Assembly: GCA_040772485.1 (NCBI GenBank)
Contig: JAXGYC010000007.1
Span: forward strand, 320,001 to 384,000
DNA from: Sedimentisphaerales bacterium
GTDB taxonomy: Bacteria; Planctomycetota; Phycisphaerae; Sedimentisphaerales; Anaerobacaceae
Length of the DNA: 64,000 bases
Reading direction: 5' to 3'
How positions within the stretch are numbered: position 1 is the stretch's first letter; each line of letters opens with the position of its first letter. Position numbers and translations under genes: made by a program. Below the pieces are notes generated by a model. It was not told the DNA's origin. It saw only the letters and a program-made list of their open reading frames with translations, and did not search any database. Below are positions 17,751-27,710 of this stretch, piece after piece.

Positions 17751-18785
17751 ATGGCAGGACAATACCGATTCTCGTTTGGGCCATGGAACATTCATGAGGG
17801 GGGCGATCCGTTCGGCCCGACGGTCCGGACCACCATCAAGTTCGCCAAGAAGCTCAAGCTCTTCAAGAAGCTCGGCTTCGAGGGCGTGCAGTTTCACGAT
17901 GACGACGCTGTGCCCGACATGAACGAACTGGGCCCCAAGGAAATCGTCGCCAAGGCCAAAGAGGTGCAAAAGACCCTGGCCGATGAAGGCCTCGTCGCAG
18001 AATTCGTCGCGCCCCGCCTGTGGGAAGACCCGCGCACGATCGACGGCGGCTACACCTCGAACGACCCCGAATGCCGCAAGTACGCCCGCGACCGCAGCCG
18101 TCGCGCCATCGATATCGCGGCGGCCCTCGAGACCGACCTGATCGTGCTGTGGCTGGCCCGAGAAGGCACCTATATGCGCGAGGCCAAGGACAGTAAAGTG
18201 GCGGTCGACCGCCTCGTCGAGGCGATCGACGACATGCTCGCGTACAACAAGAGCATCAAGATCGCCATCGAGCCCAAGCCCAATGAGCCGATGGACCAGG
18301 CCTACATCCCGACCACGGGCCACGCGATGGCTCTGGGGTACCTGACGAAGGACGCCAGACGCGTCGGCGTGAACATCGAAACCGCCCACGCCATCCTGGC
18401 GGGCCTCGACCCGTCGGACGAGATGGGCTTCGCGCTGGCATACGACAAGCTCTATACGGTTCACCTGAACGACCAGAACGGCCTGAAATTCGACGAGGAC
18501 AAAAGCTTTGGGTCGGTCAACCTGCGCCGGGCCTTCAACCAGGTTCGCATCCTCGACAAGTACAACTACGGCAAGAAAGGTGAGTTCGTCGGCCTCGACG
18601 TCAAGGCGGTGCGGACGCAGAAGCAGGATGTCGCAACCAAGCACCTCAGCAACAGCCGGACGATCTTCCTGCAACTGGTCGAGCTGGTGCGAAGTCTCGA
18701 TGAAAGCCGCGTCGAGCAACTGATCGCCGAGCGTGACTACGAGGAACTGGACCTGCTGATCATCAACCACCTGATGGGCAAGTGA
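17751..18785 (+). CDS. xylA: Xylose isomerase-family sugar isomerase
   Basis: GGDPFG, FHDDD, EPKPNEP, NIETAH, HLNDQ and FDEDKSFG motifs; strong RBS AAGGAGGT. The substrate may not be xylose. Confidence 0.75.
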   Translation: MAGQYRFSFGPWNIHEGGDPFGPTVRTTIKFAKKLKLFKKLGFEGVQFHDDDAVPDMNELGPKEIVAKAKEVQKTLADEGLVAEFVAPRLWEDPRTIDGGYTSNDPECRKYARDRSRRAIDIAAALETDLIVLWLAREGTYMREAKDSKVAVDRLVEAIDDMLAYNKSIKIAIEPKPNEPMDQAYIPTTGHAMALGYLTKDARRVGVNIETAHAILAGLDPSDEMGFALAYDKLYTVHLNDQNGLKFDEDKSFGSVNLRRAFNQVRILDKYNYGKKGEFVGLDVKAVRTQKQDVATKHLSNSRTIFLQLVELVRSLDESRVEQLIAERDYEELDLLIINHLMGK

Positions 18786-18813
18786 ACCGCCCGAAACCCC
18801 GACAAGAGGAATC

Positions 18814-19575
18814 ATGAGCAACGATAAAGTTGTCCTGAGTCTCGGCGCCCATCCGGACGATGCCGAGTTCATGTGCGCCGGGACCCTGGCCCTGCTCCGC
18901 GAGCGAGGCTGGGAAGTCCACATCGCAACGTTCACGCCGGGCGATTGCGGCACCGTCGAGTACAGCCGGGAAGAGATCAGCCGGATTCGCAAGAGCGAGG
19001 CCGCCAAGGCGGTCAGCCTCCTCGGCGGACATTACCACTGCCTCGAATGCGACGATGCCTTCATCATGTACGACCGCCCCACGCTGCTCAAGGCGATTGC
19101 GCTGGTGCGGAAGGTCCGGCCGAAGATCGTCTTTACGCTGAGCCCGTCAGACTATATGGTCGACCACGAGATGTCCAGCAGGCTGACCCAGTCGGCGTGC
19201 TTCTGCTGCGGCATCGTCAACATCGAAACGCCCGGCGCCAAGCCATTCGAACCGATCCCTCACCTGTACTACACCGACGCAGTGGAGGGCAAGGACAAGC
19301 TCGGCGCCGAGATCGCGCCCGGCTTCATCGTGGACACCAGCAGCGTCATCGACATCAAGACGAAGATGCTCGTTTGCCACGAGAGCCAGCGCAACTGGCT
19401 ACTGGCTCATCACGGCATCGATGAATACACCGACCAGATGAAGAAGCTCGGTCGCAAACGCGGGGCCGGGATCGACGCCGAATTCGGCGAAGGATTCCGC
19501 CAGCACCTGGGGCATGCCTACCCTCAGGACAATCTGCTCAAGGCCGAGTTGGGCAATCTGGTCCACATGAGATAG
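18814..19575 (+). CDS. PIG-L/LmbE family deacetylase
   Basis: AHPDDAE motif, DH (YMVDHE) and HESQ. Confidence 0.9.
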   Translation: MSNDKVVLSLGAHPDDAEFMCAGTLALLRERGWEVHIATFTPGDCGTVEYSREEISRIRKSEAAKAVSLLGGHYHCLECDDAFIMYDRPTLLKAIALVRKVRPKIVFTLSPSDYMVDHEMSSRLTQSACFCCGIVNIETPGAKPFEPIPHLYYTDAVEGKDKLGAEIAPGFIVDTSSVIDIKTKMLVCHESQRNWLLAHHGIDEYTDQMKKLGRKRGAGIDAEFGEGFRQHLGHAYPQDNLLKAELGNLVHMR

Positions 19576-19585
19576 GGGAACGATC

Positions 19586-20515
19586 ATGGGCAGAAAACAG
19601 AGTCTCCTGGCCCCGGACTGGTGGGACTACACCACGCTTGATGACGCGATTCTCAACGACGCGGCCCGGCTCACCGCCGAGCACATGGCAGCTCTGAGCC
19701 GGGAAGGCTTCCGGGTCGTTTTCTACGACACGCTGGAGGATTTCTACCTGGCCGAAGCCCTTGAGTATGTCACGGCCTGGAAGCACGCGACGCCCGACAG
19801 CCCCGTCGGTCTCTGCGGGCCGATCGGACCGACCGAGCAGTTGCCTCTCGTGGCAAGACTGGTCAACGAATTGGAGCTGAAGCTGCGGAATGCCCACTTC
19901 TGGGGCATGGACGAGTGGTACATGAACGGTGCGGAAGTGCCCGAGACACACCCGTTGTCATTCGCCAAGGCGGACAAGGAGCTGTGTTTCGATCGGATCC
20001 GACCGGAACTGAGAATGCCCGAGGCGAACCTGCACTTTCCCAAGGCCGATACGTCGGCCTACATTCGAAGCTGGGACGGTGTCCGCTGCGCCGTCATGCA
20101 GGGCGGCCAGGGCGACATCAAGCACTGGGCGTTCAACGACCCGGTTCGCCGGCAAGGCCCGTACAAAGACCGCCCGCCGACGCCGCGGGAGTACCGCCAA
20201 CTGACGACGCGCGTCGTGGACCTGCATCCCGTGACGGTGATGCAGAACGCGCGAACCAGCGGCGGCGGTGTCGTGACGAGCGTACCGACCCAGGCGATCA
20301 CCGTCGGCCCCCTCCAGACATGGCAGGCCGAGAAGGTCTCGATCTGGCAGGCGGGAACGCACGACAATCCGTTCGGCATGCGCCTGACCACGTTGATGAT
20401 CGCCAAGAAGCTCGCCGACAGCGCTGTGCCCATGTCCCTGCTGGCCGACCACCCCAACGTGCAATTCAATTTCTATCGCCCGGCGATCGGCACGTGCGAA
20501 GCGGAAATGCACTGA
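19586..20515 (+). CDS. Glucosamine-6-phosphate isomerase/deaminase-like protein (NagB superfamily)
   Basis: [33 protein letters not shown] and VPTQAITVG motifs. Confidence 0.75.
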   Translation: MGRKQSLLAPDWWDYTTLDDAILNDAARLTAEHMAALSREGFRVVFYDTLEDFYLAEALEYVTAWKHATPDSPVGLCGPIGPTEQLPLVARLVNELELKLRNAHFWGMDEWYMNGAEVPETHPLSFAKADKELCFDRIRPELRMPEANLHFPKADTSAYIRSWDGVRCAVMQGGQGDIKHWAFNDPVRRQGPYKDRPPTPREYRQLTTRVVDLHPVTVMQNARTSGGGVVTSVPTQAITVGPLQTWQAEKVSIWQAGTHDNPFGMRLTTLMIAKKLADSAVPMSLLADHPNVQFNFYRPAIGTCEAEMH

Positions 20516-20543
20516 GGCCAAACCGCGAAAGGAGACACCACTG

Positions 20544-21749
20544 ATGGCTGTGGATGTTCTGATCCTCAACACGGCGGTCGCCGACCTGCGCCGGGCCGAC
20601 TTCCAGTTCGCGGACCGGCTCGTGGGCAAAGGCGGCCTGGCCAAGTGCAGAACCGAAGACATGCCCGACTATTCTCAGGAGCAGATCAAGCAGTGGATCG
20701 ACGAAGGCAGCGCCACCGCGGGCGGGCCGGGCAACACTGCGCCGCTGATCGCTCGGACCGGGCTGAAGGTCGCCGTCGGGGTCAATCTCGGAAAAGGCGA
20801 TTACGACGGACTCGACGCCCAGGGCCGGTTCTTCTACGACGTTCTGGTCGCCAACGGCGTCGACATGTCCGCCACGCACGTTCACCCGACCCTTCCGACC
20901 GGTACGACGTTCATCCACAACCCCAAGGGCGACGACCGTGGCGGCATCGCGTACTTCCCCAACGCCAACAACGATTTCGATTTCGCGATCTTCCGCAAGG
21001 CCGTCGAGCGGCTCGAACCGCGGATCGTTTACTACATGTATTCCGGCCTGTCCGACCGGGGCGACGCCAACGGCGGTCGGGACCTGGCACAGTTCATCCA
21101 CTGGTGCCGGACCCGGGGGGCCCTGACCATCGCCGACAGCCACACCCTGACGGGAAATCCGCATCGGCTCATCGCCGAAGGCAAACCCGTCGCTGAGTAT
21201 CGGCTCCTGGAGCCGCTCCTGCCGGAGCTCGATGTGTTCTTCACCTCTTCGGACGAGGCCAAGCTGATCCAGAACACGATCGGCACGCCTCGCGACTGGG
21301 TCGAATTCGATGAGAGAGAAGACAATACCCACTTTCTGGAGTTTCTCACCGAGCGATTCTGGCGGGATAAGGGACGAACGCGTCTGCTCGGCATCACGGT
21401 CAGCAACGGCGCTTACGAGATCCACCGTGGCCCCGATGGTCAAACCGCCGGACCGGTCAAGGTCATCTCGCGATTCCTCAGCGGGGAGGTCATCGACCTT
21501 GTCGGCGCCGGCGACTCCTTCCGGGCCGGCTTGATCACCTATCTGGCGAGCAACCTCGATGCGTTTCGCGCCGGCTCATTCGATTTCACACAGGCCGTGC
21601 AGGCGGGCAACCTCTTCGCGTCCCTGTTCATCAAGGCCCCGCTCGACGACCGCTACGCCAACATCAAGACCTATGGCAAGATGCTTCGCGTCCTGCAAAT
21701 CGACAAAGGCTTCGACAGCTTCGAAGCCCTCTGCAAGGCGCTGGATTGA
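20544..21749 (+). CDS. PfkB-family carbohydrate kinase
   Basis: AGGPGNTA and C-terminal DLVGAGDSFRAG signature. Confidence 0.88.
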   Translation: MAVDVLILNTAVADLRRADFQFADRLVGKGGLAKCRTEDMPDYSQEQIKQWIDEGSATAGGPGNTAPLIARTGLKVAVGVNLGKGDYDGLDAQGRFFYDVLVANGVDMSATHVHPTLPTGTTFIHNPKGDDRGGIAYFPNANNDFDFAIFRKAVERLEPRIVYYMYSGLSDRGDANGGRDLAQFIHWCRTRGALTIADSHTLTGNPHRLIAEGKPVAEYRLLEPLLPELDVFFTSSDEAKLIQNTIGTPRDWVEFDEREDNTHFLEFLTERFWRDKGRTRLLGITVSNGAYEIHRGPDGQTAGPVKVISRFLSGEVIDLVGAGDSFRAGLITYLASNLDAFRAGSFDFTQAVQAGNLFASLFIKAPLDDRYANIKTYGKMLRVLQIDKGFDSFEALCKALD

Positions 21750-21765
21750 CCGGGAGTGAACTCAG

Positions 21766-22842
21766 ATGGCACTGAAAAAGGCTTCGTTCGACTGGCAGGA
21801 CCGCGTGAGCAATCCCGCACAGGTGGGCGGCATCGAGACCAGCATTCTCGATAACGGGCTGGGCAAGGGCACGCGAATCGCGTGGATCAACACAGGCTCC
21901 GGGCTGCGATACAAAGTGGTCATCGATCGGGCGCTGGACATCGTGGACGCCTTCCACAATCAGCACAGCCTCGCCTGGCTCAGCCATGCCGGCGTGACGG
22001 CGCCGCGGCCGGACGCCAATCAGGGCATCGAATGGCTGTGGCCTTTTGGCGGCGGCCTGCTGACGACTTGCGGCCTGAGCCACGCCGGAGCGCCCGACGA
22101 CGACGAATCGGGCCGGCGAGGTCTGCACGGGCGCATCAGCAACATCCCCGCTGAGGTCGAGTCCATCGTACAGCCCGATCTTCGAGCGGGCAGGCTCGAA
22201 ATGAGCATTACCGCGGTGGTCAAGGAATACCGCGTCTTCGGCCCGACTCTGCAACTGCGCCGGACCATCTCCAGCACGCTGGGCCAGGGCACGATCCGCA
22301 TCCACGACGTGGTCAGCAACCTGGGCAACACGCCGACGCCGCACATGCTGTTGTACCACTGCAACTATGGCTGGCCTCTGGTCGACGAGGGGACACAGAT
22401 CGTCTGGAAAGGCGCGTGGCGGTCGCGTGGCCTGGACATGGACAACGCAATCTTCAACGACAAGAACGATTTCCGCGTGTGCCGCAAGCCGCTCGAGGCC
22501 CATCGCGGCGGCGGCGAGGCCTGTGGCTTCGTCGATGTCGCAGCCGACAAGAGCGGTCTGTGTACCATTGGCCTGCACAACAAGAGACTGGGGTTGGCGG
22601 TAGCGACCCGTTACAGGAAGAAGCACTTCCCCTGCATGGCCAACTGGCAGCACTGGGGGCCGGGCGAGTACGTCACCGGCCTGGAGCCGGGCACCAATTT
22701 CCCGATCGGCCAGAGCGCGGCCCGCAGACAGAAGCAACTGATCTACCTCGGCCCCGGAAAAAGCCGGACGTACGACCTGGAAATCAGCGTGCTCACGAAA
22801 GACACAGACATCAATGCGTTCCTCAAGACGGCCGGGCAGTGA
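21766..22842 (+). CDS. DUF4432 / aldose 1-epimerase-like protein
   Basis: DRALDI, GGLLTTCG, LHGRISN, LYHCNYG and GLEPGTN motifs. Confidence 0.82.
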   Translation: MALKKASFDWQDRVSNPAQVGGIETSILDNGLGKGTRIAWINTGSGLRYKVVIDRALDIVDAFHNQHSLAWLSHAGVTAPRPDANQGIEWLWPFGGGLLTTCGLSHAGAPDDDESGRRGLHGRISNIPAEVESIVQPDLRAGRLEMSITAVVKEYRVFGPTLQLRRTISSTLGQGTIRIHDVVSNLGNTPTPHMLLYHCNYGWPLVDEGTQIVWKGAWRSRGLDMDNAIFNDKNDFRVCRKPLEAHRGGGEACGFVDVAADKSGLCTIGLHNKRLGLAVATRYRKKHFPCMANWQHWGPGEYVTGLEPGTNFPIGQSAARRQKQLIYLGPGKSRTYDLEISVLTKDTDINAFLKTAGQ

Positions 22843-22843
22843 G

Positions 22844-24121
22844 ATGGCCGATCACACGTTCGTGGGTTTCGGATTCGGGCCGATCCAGAGCGGCCTGTTC
22901 GCCAAAGAGGCCTTTCAGAGCGGCCGGTTTACCCGGATCGTCGTCGCCGAAATCGATCCGGCACTGGTTCGGGCCGTTCGGGCCAATGGTGGAACGTACC
23001 ACGTCAACGTCGCCCGGGCGGACCGCATCGAGACGCAACAGATCGACAACGTCGAGCTGCTCGACCCGACGGACTCCAAGGACAACAGGACGCTTCGTGG
23101 TGCGCTGGTCCAGGCGACGGAAATCTGTACCTGCCTGCCCTCGGTGAATTTCTACACCTCGGGCCAAGCCAACAGCGTCGCCGCACTGATCGCCGGCGGC
23201 TTGGCCCATCGAGGGGAGACACCCGCCATCGTCTATGCGGCCGAGAACAACAACCACGCCGCCGAGATCCTGCGGGACGCCCTCGCGGAGCGTCTGAGCG
23301 TTCCCCCCCCCACGTGTGTGCAATTTCTGAACACGGTGATCGGCAAGATGAGCCGGGTGGTGAACGATCCGGCCGAGATCGCCGCGCTGAATCTCACGCC
23401 CATCGCCCCGGGGATCGAACGGGCGTTCCTGGTCGAGGAGTTCAATCGCATCCTCGTCAGCAAGACGACGATCGCAGGCTTTGCGCCGGGCATTCAGGTG
23501 TTCGTCGAGAAGGACGATCTGCTGCCCTTCGAGGAGGCCAAGCTCTACGGACACAACGCCATCCACGCGCTGCTCGGCTTCATCGGTGCGCTCAAAGGCT
23601 ACACAAGAATGACCGACCTGGCCGCCGACAAGCCCCTGATGCACGTTGCGAGGGAGGCCTTTGTCCGCGAATCGGGCGGCGCCCTGATCCGCAAGTACGC
23701 GTCGCTCGGCGACGAGCTGTTCACCGAGTCGGGCTACCAGCGATACGCGGACGATCTGCTCCGGCGGATGACCAATCCCTTCCTGGCAGACACCACGGAA
23801 CGCGCCGCCCGCGACATTCTGCGCAAGCTCGGCGCCACTGACCGGGTCTTCGGGACGATGTCCCTCGCATTGGGATGGGGCGTTCAGCCGGCCAATATGG
23901 CTGTAGGCGCTCTGGCGGGTGCCGCGATGCTTCTTGGCGATGTTGCCAAACACGGCGTGCCCGACGAGTTCCACGGAATCGGCTGGCAGAGCCTGGATCG
24001 GGCCGGGCTCGCCGATCTGCTGCGGTGGGTGTGGAAGAACGAAGAAGCCCCGTTCCGCGACGAGCTGATCGACAGGACCTGGCAAGCCAGGGACCTGCTC
24101 GGCGAACTGGTCCATCCATGA
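22844..24121 (+). CDS. Mannitol-1-phosphate/altronate dehydrogenase-like protein
   Basis: N-terminal GFGFGPIQSG Rossmann motif; AAEN, NTVIGKM, KLYGHNAIHA and RDILRKLGATDR correspond to MtlD-family motifs. Confidence 0.75.
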   Translation: MADHTFVGFGFGPIQSGLFAKEAFQSGRFTRIVVAEIDPALVRAVRANGGTYHVNVARADRIETQQIDNVELLDPTDSKDNRTLRGALVQATEICTCLPSVNFYTSGQANSVAALIAGGLAHRGETPAIVYAAENNNHAAEILRDALAERLSVPPPTCVQFLNTVIGKMSRVVNDPAEIAALNLTPIAPGIERAFLVEEFNRILVSKTTIAGFAPGIQVFVEKDDLLPFEEAKLYGHNAIHALLGFIGALKGYTRMTDLAADKPLMHVAREAFVRESGGALIRKYASLGDELFTESGYQRYADDLLRRMTNPFLADTTERAARDILRKLGATDRVFGTMSLALGWGVQPANMAVGALAGAAMLLGDVAKHGVPDEFHGIGWQSLDRAGLADLLRWVWKNEEAPFRDELIDRTWQARDLLGELVHP

Positions 24122-25014
24122 ACGCCCAGAAGCGAACCAGCACCGCGTATGTGTATGCGATGGTCGCCGTGCTGTTCTGGGCAACCTCCGCGTCCGCGTT
24201 CAAGCTTTCGCAGCGGCATGTCCAGGACCTGCCGCTGTTGTTCCTTGCCTCCGCCACATCGACTGTCATCTTCGGAATCTATCTGACGGCCGCACAGAGG
24301 CTGCATCTGCTAAGGACGCTGACCCACAAGGACTTGCTCTGGTCGGCCGGACTGGGCTTCCTGAATCCGTTCCTCTACTACGCCATTCTATTCAAGGCCT
24401 ATTCCCTGCTGCCCGCCCAGGAGGCGCAGCCGATCAACTTCGTCTGGCCGCTGACGCTGGTGCTGCTCTCGATCCCCCTGCTGGGCCAGCGAATCAAGCC
24501 CGCTAGCATCGTGGCGATCCTCATCAGCCTTGCGGGCGTGGTCGTCATCGCCACTCGCCCCGGAAAACCTGCGGACATCCTGGACTTTCGATTCAGCAAT
24601 GGACTCGGGGTGCTGCTGGCCCTGAGTACCACGGTCGTGTGGGCTCTGTTCTGGATCTACAACACCAGGGATCGCTGCGATGAGGCCGTGCGTCTGTTCC
24701 TGAACTTCGCGTTCGCAACCGGATACACGTTCATCGCTGTCTTGCTGACGGACCAAGTCGATGTGCCTGTCTGGCAGGGACTGATCGGAGGCGTCTACAT
24801 TGGTCTGTTCGAGATGGGGATCACGTTCCTCGCGTGGCTCAAGGCCCTCAAGCTGGCCAGGACCACCGCTCACGTGGTGAACCTGATCTACCTGGTCCCG
24901 TTTCTGTCGCTCCTGGTCATCGCGCTGGTGTTGGGCGAGAGGATCCTCCCTGCGACCCTCGTTGGGCTGGTTCTCATCATCGCCGGCATCGTCCTGCAAA
25001 AGCGATGGGCATGA
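24118..25014 (+). CDS. EamA/DMT-family transporter
   Basis: About ten hydrophobic helices, two EamA-like halves, LGERI motif. ATGA overlap with the upstream gene. Confidence 0.88.
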   Translation: MNAQKRTSTAYVYAMVAVLFWATSASAFKLSQRHVQDLPLLFLASATSTVIFGIYLTAAQRLHLLRTLTHKDLLWSAGLGFLNPFLYYAILFKAYSLLPAQEAQPINFVWPLTLVLLSIPLLGQRIKPASIVAILISLAGVVVIATRPGKPADILDFRFSNGLGVLLALSTTVVWALFWIYNTRDRCDEAVRLFLNFAFATGYTFIAVLLTDQVDVPVWQGLIGGVYIGLFEMGITFLAWLKALKLARTTAHVVNLIYLVPFLSLLVIALVLGERILPATLVGLVLIIAGIVLQKRWA

Positions 25015-25042
25015 TTGTCCGGATTCGGCGACCGAGACGCGT

Positions 25043-26515
25043 CTACACATGTTCCGGCACAGCGAACGGTCTGCGATATAGACGCGTCAGCAGGAGGTCG
25101 GCCTGAGGATTTCCTACGAACTTCTCCGTCGGCGGATTGAACGTCAGCATGGGCCCGAGCTGGTACGTGGCCTTTTCGACATCGAGACCTATGGCGCCCT
25201 TCACCGTCGTCAGGACCCTGTCCCATGACCGCGTGATTTCCTCATGCTTGTCAAGCACGCTGGGCCTGGTCGTGCCTGCGACTTGCTCACCGAGGCGATA
25301 GGAAATGTTGCCCAGATGGCAGCAGGCGCTCGACAGATGCGCTGCTTCGATGTCCGCATTGAGGTCTTCGACCTTTCGGCTGCGCATGGCGCGAATGAAA
25401 TTCCCGAAATGATCGGTGTCCATCTCGAAGTCGGGAACCTCCAGCTCTTCAGGCGTTTCCGAGCCTTTCGGGTAGAACTTGCCGCCCCGGATCGTTCCGG
25501 CCTCCAGGTAGAACTCGTTGCCGACATTGCTTGGATACTTCTTGCCGTCGGCGCCCTCGCGGTCCACCAGACCGATCACCTCAAACACCAGCAGCGGCCC
25601 GCCGAAGTCCATAATCGTCAACTGGCAGTTGGGCGTCTGGGCCTGATCGGTGAAAGGCGGATGGCCCTCCGCCGAATTCACCCAGCGGCCGCCCATACTG
25701 ATCACGCTCCTGGGAAGGGTCGAACCGGGAATCGCCCAGCGTGCGATGTCCATCTGGTGCACACCCTGGTTGCCGATCTCGCCGTTGCCAAACTCCCAGA
25801 ACCAGTGCCAGTTGTAGTGTACGAGGTTTTCGTGGTACGCCTGCTCCTGCGCGGGGCCCAGCCAGAGATTGTAGTCCAGATTCTCCGGCGGCTCCTGGAT
25901 CGGTTTGAAGCCGATGCTCCAGCGGCCGGTGGCCGAGCCCTTGGAGGCCGCCCCCTTGGAGACCAGCAACTTGCCGTACTGGCCGCTCGCGATGGCGGCC
26001 ACCTGTCGCGCCCAACCCTTGCTGGATCGGCTTTGCGTGCCGTGCTGAACGATGCGCTTGTATTTGCGGGCGGCCTCCACGCATTTGCGTCCCTCGAAGA
26101 TGTTGTGGCTGCACGGCTTCTCCACATACACGTCCTTGCCCGCCTGGCAAGCCCAGATCGTGCCCAGCGAGTGCCAGTGGTTGGGCGTGGCGATCGAGAT
26201 CGCGTCGATATTCCTGTCTTCGAGCAGGTGGCGGATATCGACGTACGTGTCCACCTTGTGGCCATACTTCGTCTCAAATGCGGCGGCTTTGTTCTCCAAC
26301 ACCTTGCGATCCACATCGCAGAAGGCCGCGACCTGCACGCCATCCATCGCCTCGAACGCGCTGATGTGGGAACCACCGCGGCCGTTGATCCCGATGACCG
26401 CGATTCGGATTTCATCGTTGGCGCCGCGCGCCTTCGAGAACGGACTGGCCAGCGCCAGACCGACCCCTGCTGCCATGGAACTTTTCACGAACTGTCTGCG
26501 CGTCATTCGTTGCAT
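25043..26515 (-). CDS. Tat-exported Gfo/Idh/MocA oxidoreductase
   Basis: TRRQFVK Tat motif, IGINGRG, ATPNHWH, DVYVEKP and GNQGVHQMD. Confidence 0.9.
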   Translation of the reverse strand: MQRMTRRQFVKSSMAAGVGLALASPFSKARGANDEIRIAVIGINGRGGSHISAFEAMDGVQVAAFCDVDRKVLENKAAAFETKYGHKVDTYVDIRHLLEDRNIDAISIATPNHWHSLGTIWACQAGKDVYVEKPCSHNIFEGRKCVEAARKYKRIVQHGTQSRSSKGWARQVAAIASGQYGKLLVSKGAASKGSATGRWSIGFKPIQEPPENLDYNLWLGPAQEQAYHENLVHYNWHWFWEFGNGEIGNQGVHQMDIARWAIPGSTLPRSVISMGGRWVNSAEGHPPFTDQAQTPNCQLTIMDFGGPLLVFEVIGLVDREGADGKKYPSNVGNEFYLEAGTIRGGKFYPKGSETPEELEVPDFEMDTDHFGNFIRAMRSRKVEDLNADIEAAHLSSACCHLGNISYRLGEQVAGTTRPSVLDKHEEITRSWDRVLTTVKGAIGLDVEKATYQLGPMLTFNPPTEKFVGNPQADLLLTRLYRRPFAVPEHV

Positions 26516-26723
26516 GTCCGGCCTCCTTCTGCTGGGGTGGAAAACGACAGCACGCCTGAATGCACATGAGTGCGAGCATGCTGGTCTGCGGTGTGCTGCA
26601 TAAATCTCACGGCTGTCCTGTCACGAGAGTCGCGATGAACGGTCTCGTATAGGCTAACCGGACAATCCGGGAGCCGCAAGCGCAAATCCCGCCAGATTCT
26701 CCGTGCAATCCAGTCCGTGAATG

Positions 26724-27617
26724 TCAGTCGGCTGCGATGCCCGCGGCGCGCTTCGCGGACAAGACGGTATTGTACATCAGCATGGTGATGGTCATCGGGC
26801 CGACGCCGCCGGGCACCGGGGTGATCAGCGAGGCCTTTTCCTTGACCGCCTCGAAATCCACGTCGCCGACGAGCCGGTAGCCCTGCTTCCTGCTGGCGTC
26901 CTCGACACGATTGACGCCGACGTCGATCACGACGGCGCCGTCCTTGACCATGTCAGCAGTGATGGTGTTTGGCCGCCCGGCCGCCGCCACGAGGATATCG
27001 GCCTGTCGCGTGTGCCAGGCGAGGTCCTTCGTCCGCGTGTGGCAGACGGTGACGGTTGCGTTGCCGGTGGGACTCTTCTGGATCAGCATGTTGGCCAGCG
27101 GCTTGCCGACGATGTTGCTGCGACCGACGATCACAACGTGTGAGCCTTCGATCTTCACGCCGCTTCGAATCAGCAGGTGCAGAACACCATGCGGCGTACA
27201 CGACAGGAACGCTTTTTCGCCCACCACCATCTTGCCCACGCTGACCGGATGGAACCCGTCAACGTCCTTTTCCGCATCGATCGCGAAGAGAACCTCCGAT
27301 TCGTTCATGTGCCTGGGCAGCGGCAACTGGACCAGAATACCGTTGATCCTGGGATCGGCGTTCATTCCGGCAACCAACCGCATCAACTCCGCCTGGGACG
27401 TCTCTTCAGGCAGGTGGTGGTGGTCGGAATAGATGCCCAGCTCGGCGCAGGTGCGTTCCTTGCCCGTCACATAGGAAACCGACGCCGGATCGTCGCCGAC
27501 CAGGATCACGCCCAGACCGGGCACGATGCCTCTGGCCTTGAGCCTCGCGACCTCCGCTTTGAGTTCGGCCCGCATGTCGGCCGCCACCTGCTTGCCATCA
27601 ATGATCCGTGCAGTCAT
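26724..27617 (-). CDS. folD: Bifunctional methylenetetrahydrofolate dehydrogenase/cyclohydrolase
   Basis: IIDGK, YVTGK, KDVDGFHP, GRSNIVGKP and TPVPGGVGPMT. Confidence 0.96.
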   Translation of the reverse strand: MTARIIDGKQVAADMRAELKAEVARLKARGIVPGLGVILVGDDPASVSYVTGKERTCAELGIYSDHHHLPEETSQAELMRLVAGMNADPRINGILVQLPLPRHMNESEVLFAIDAEKDVDGFHPVSVGKMVVGEKAFLSCTPHGVLHLLIRSGVKIEGSHVVIVGRSNIVGKPLANMLIQKSPTGNATVTVCHTRTKDLAWHTRQADILVAAAGRPNTITADMVKDGAVVIDVGVNRVEDASRKQGYRLVGDVDFEAVKEKASLITPVPGGVGPMTITMLMYNTVLSAKRAAGIAAD

Positions 27618-27625
27618 TTCTTTCC

Positions 27626-27710
27626 ATTTTCGATTTACGATTTGCGATTCGGCGACACCGTGTCCTTCGTCGCATCCAAATAGTAAACCGTCAATCGCCA
27701 ATCGTCAATC
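27626..27710. repeat. Intergenic inverted array of 7-bp repeats (ATTT[TAG]CG x3 ... [AC]AA[TC][AC]G[TC] x4-5)
   Basis: ATTTTCG ATTTACG ATTTGCG, then AAATAGT AAACCGT CAATCGC CAATCGT CAATC, between fhs and folD. Confidence 0.65.
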
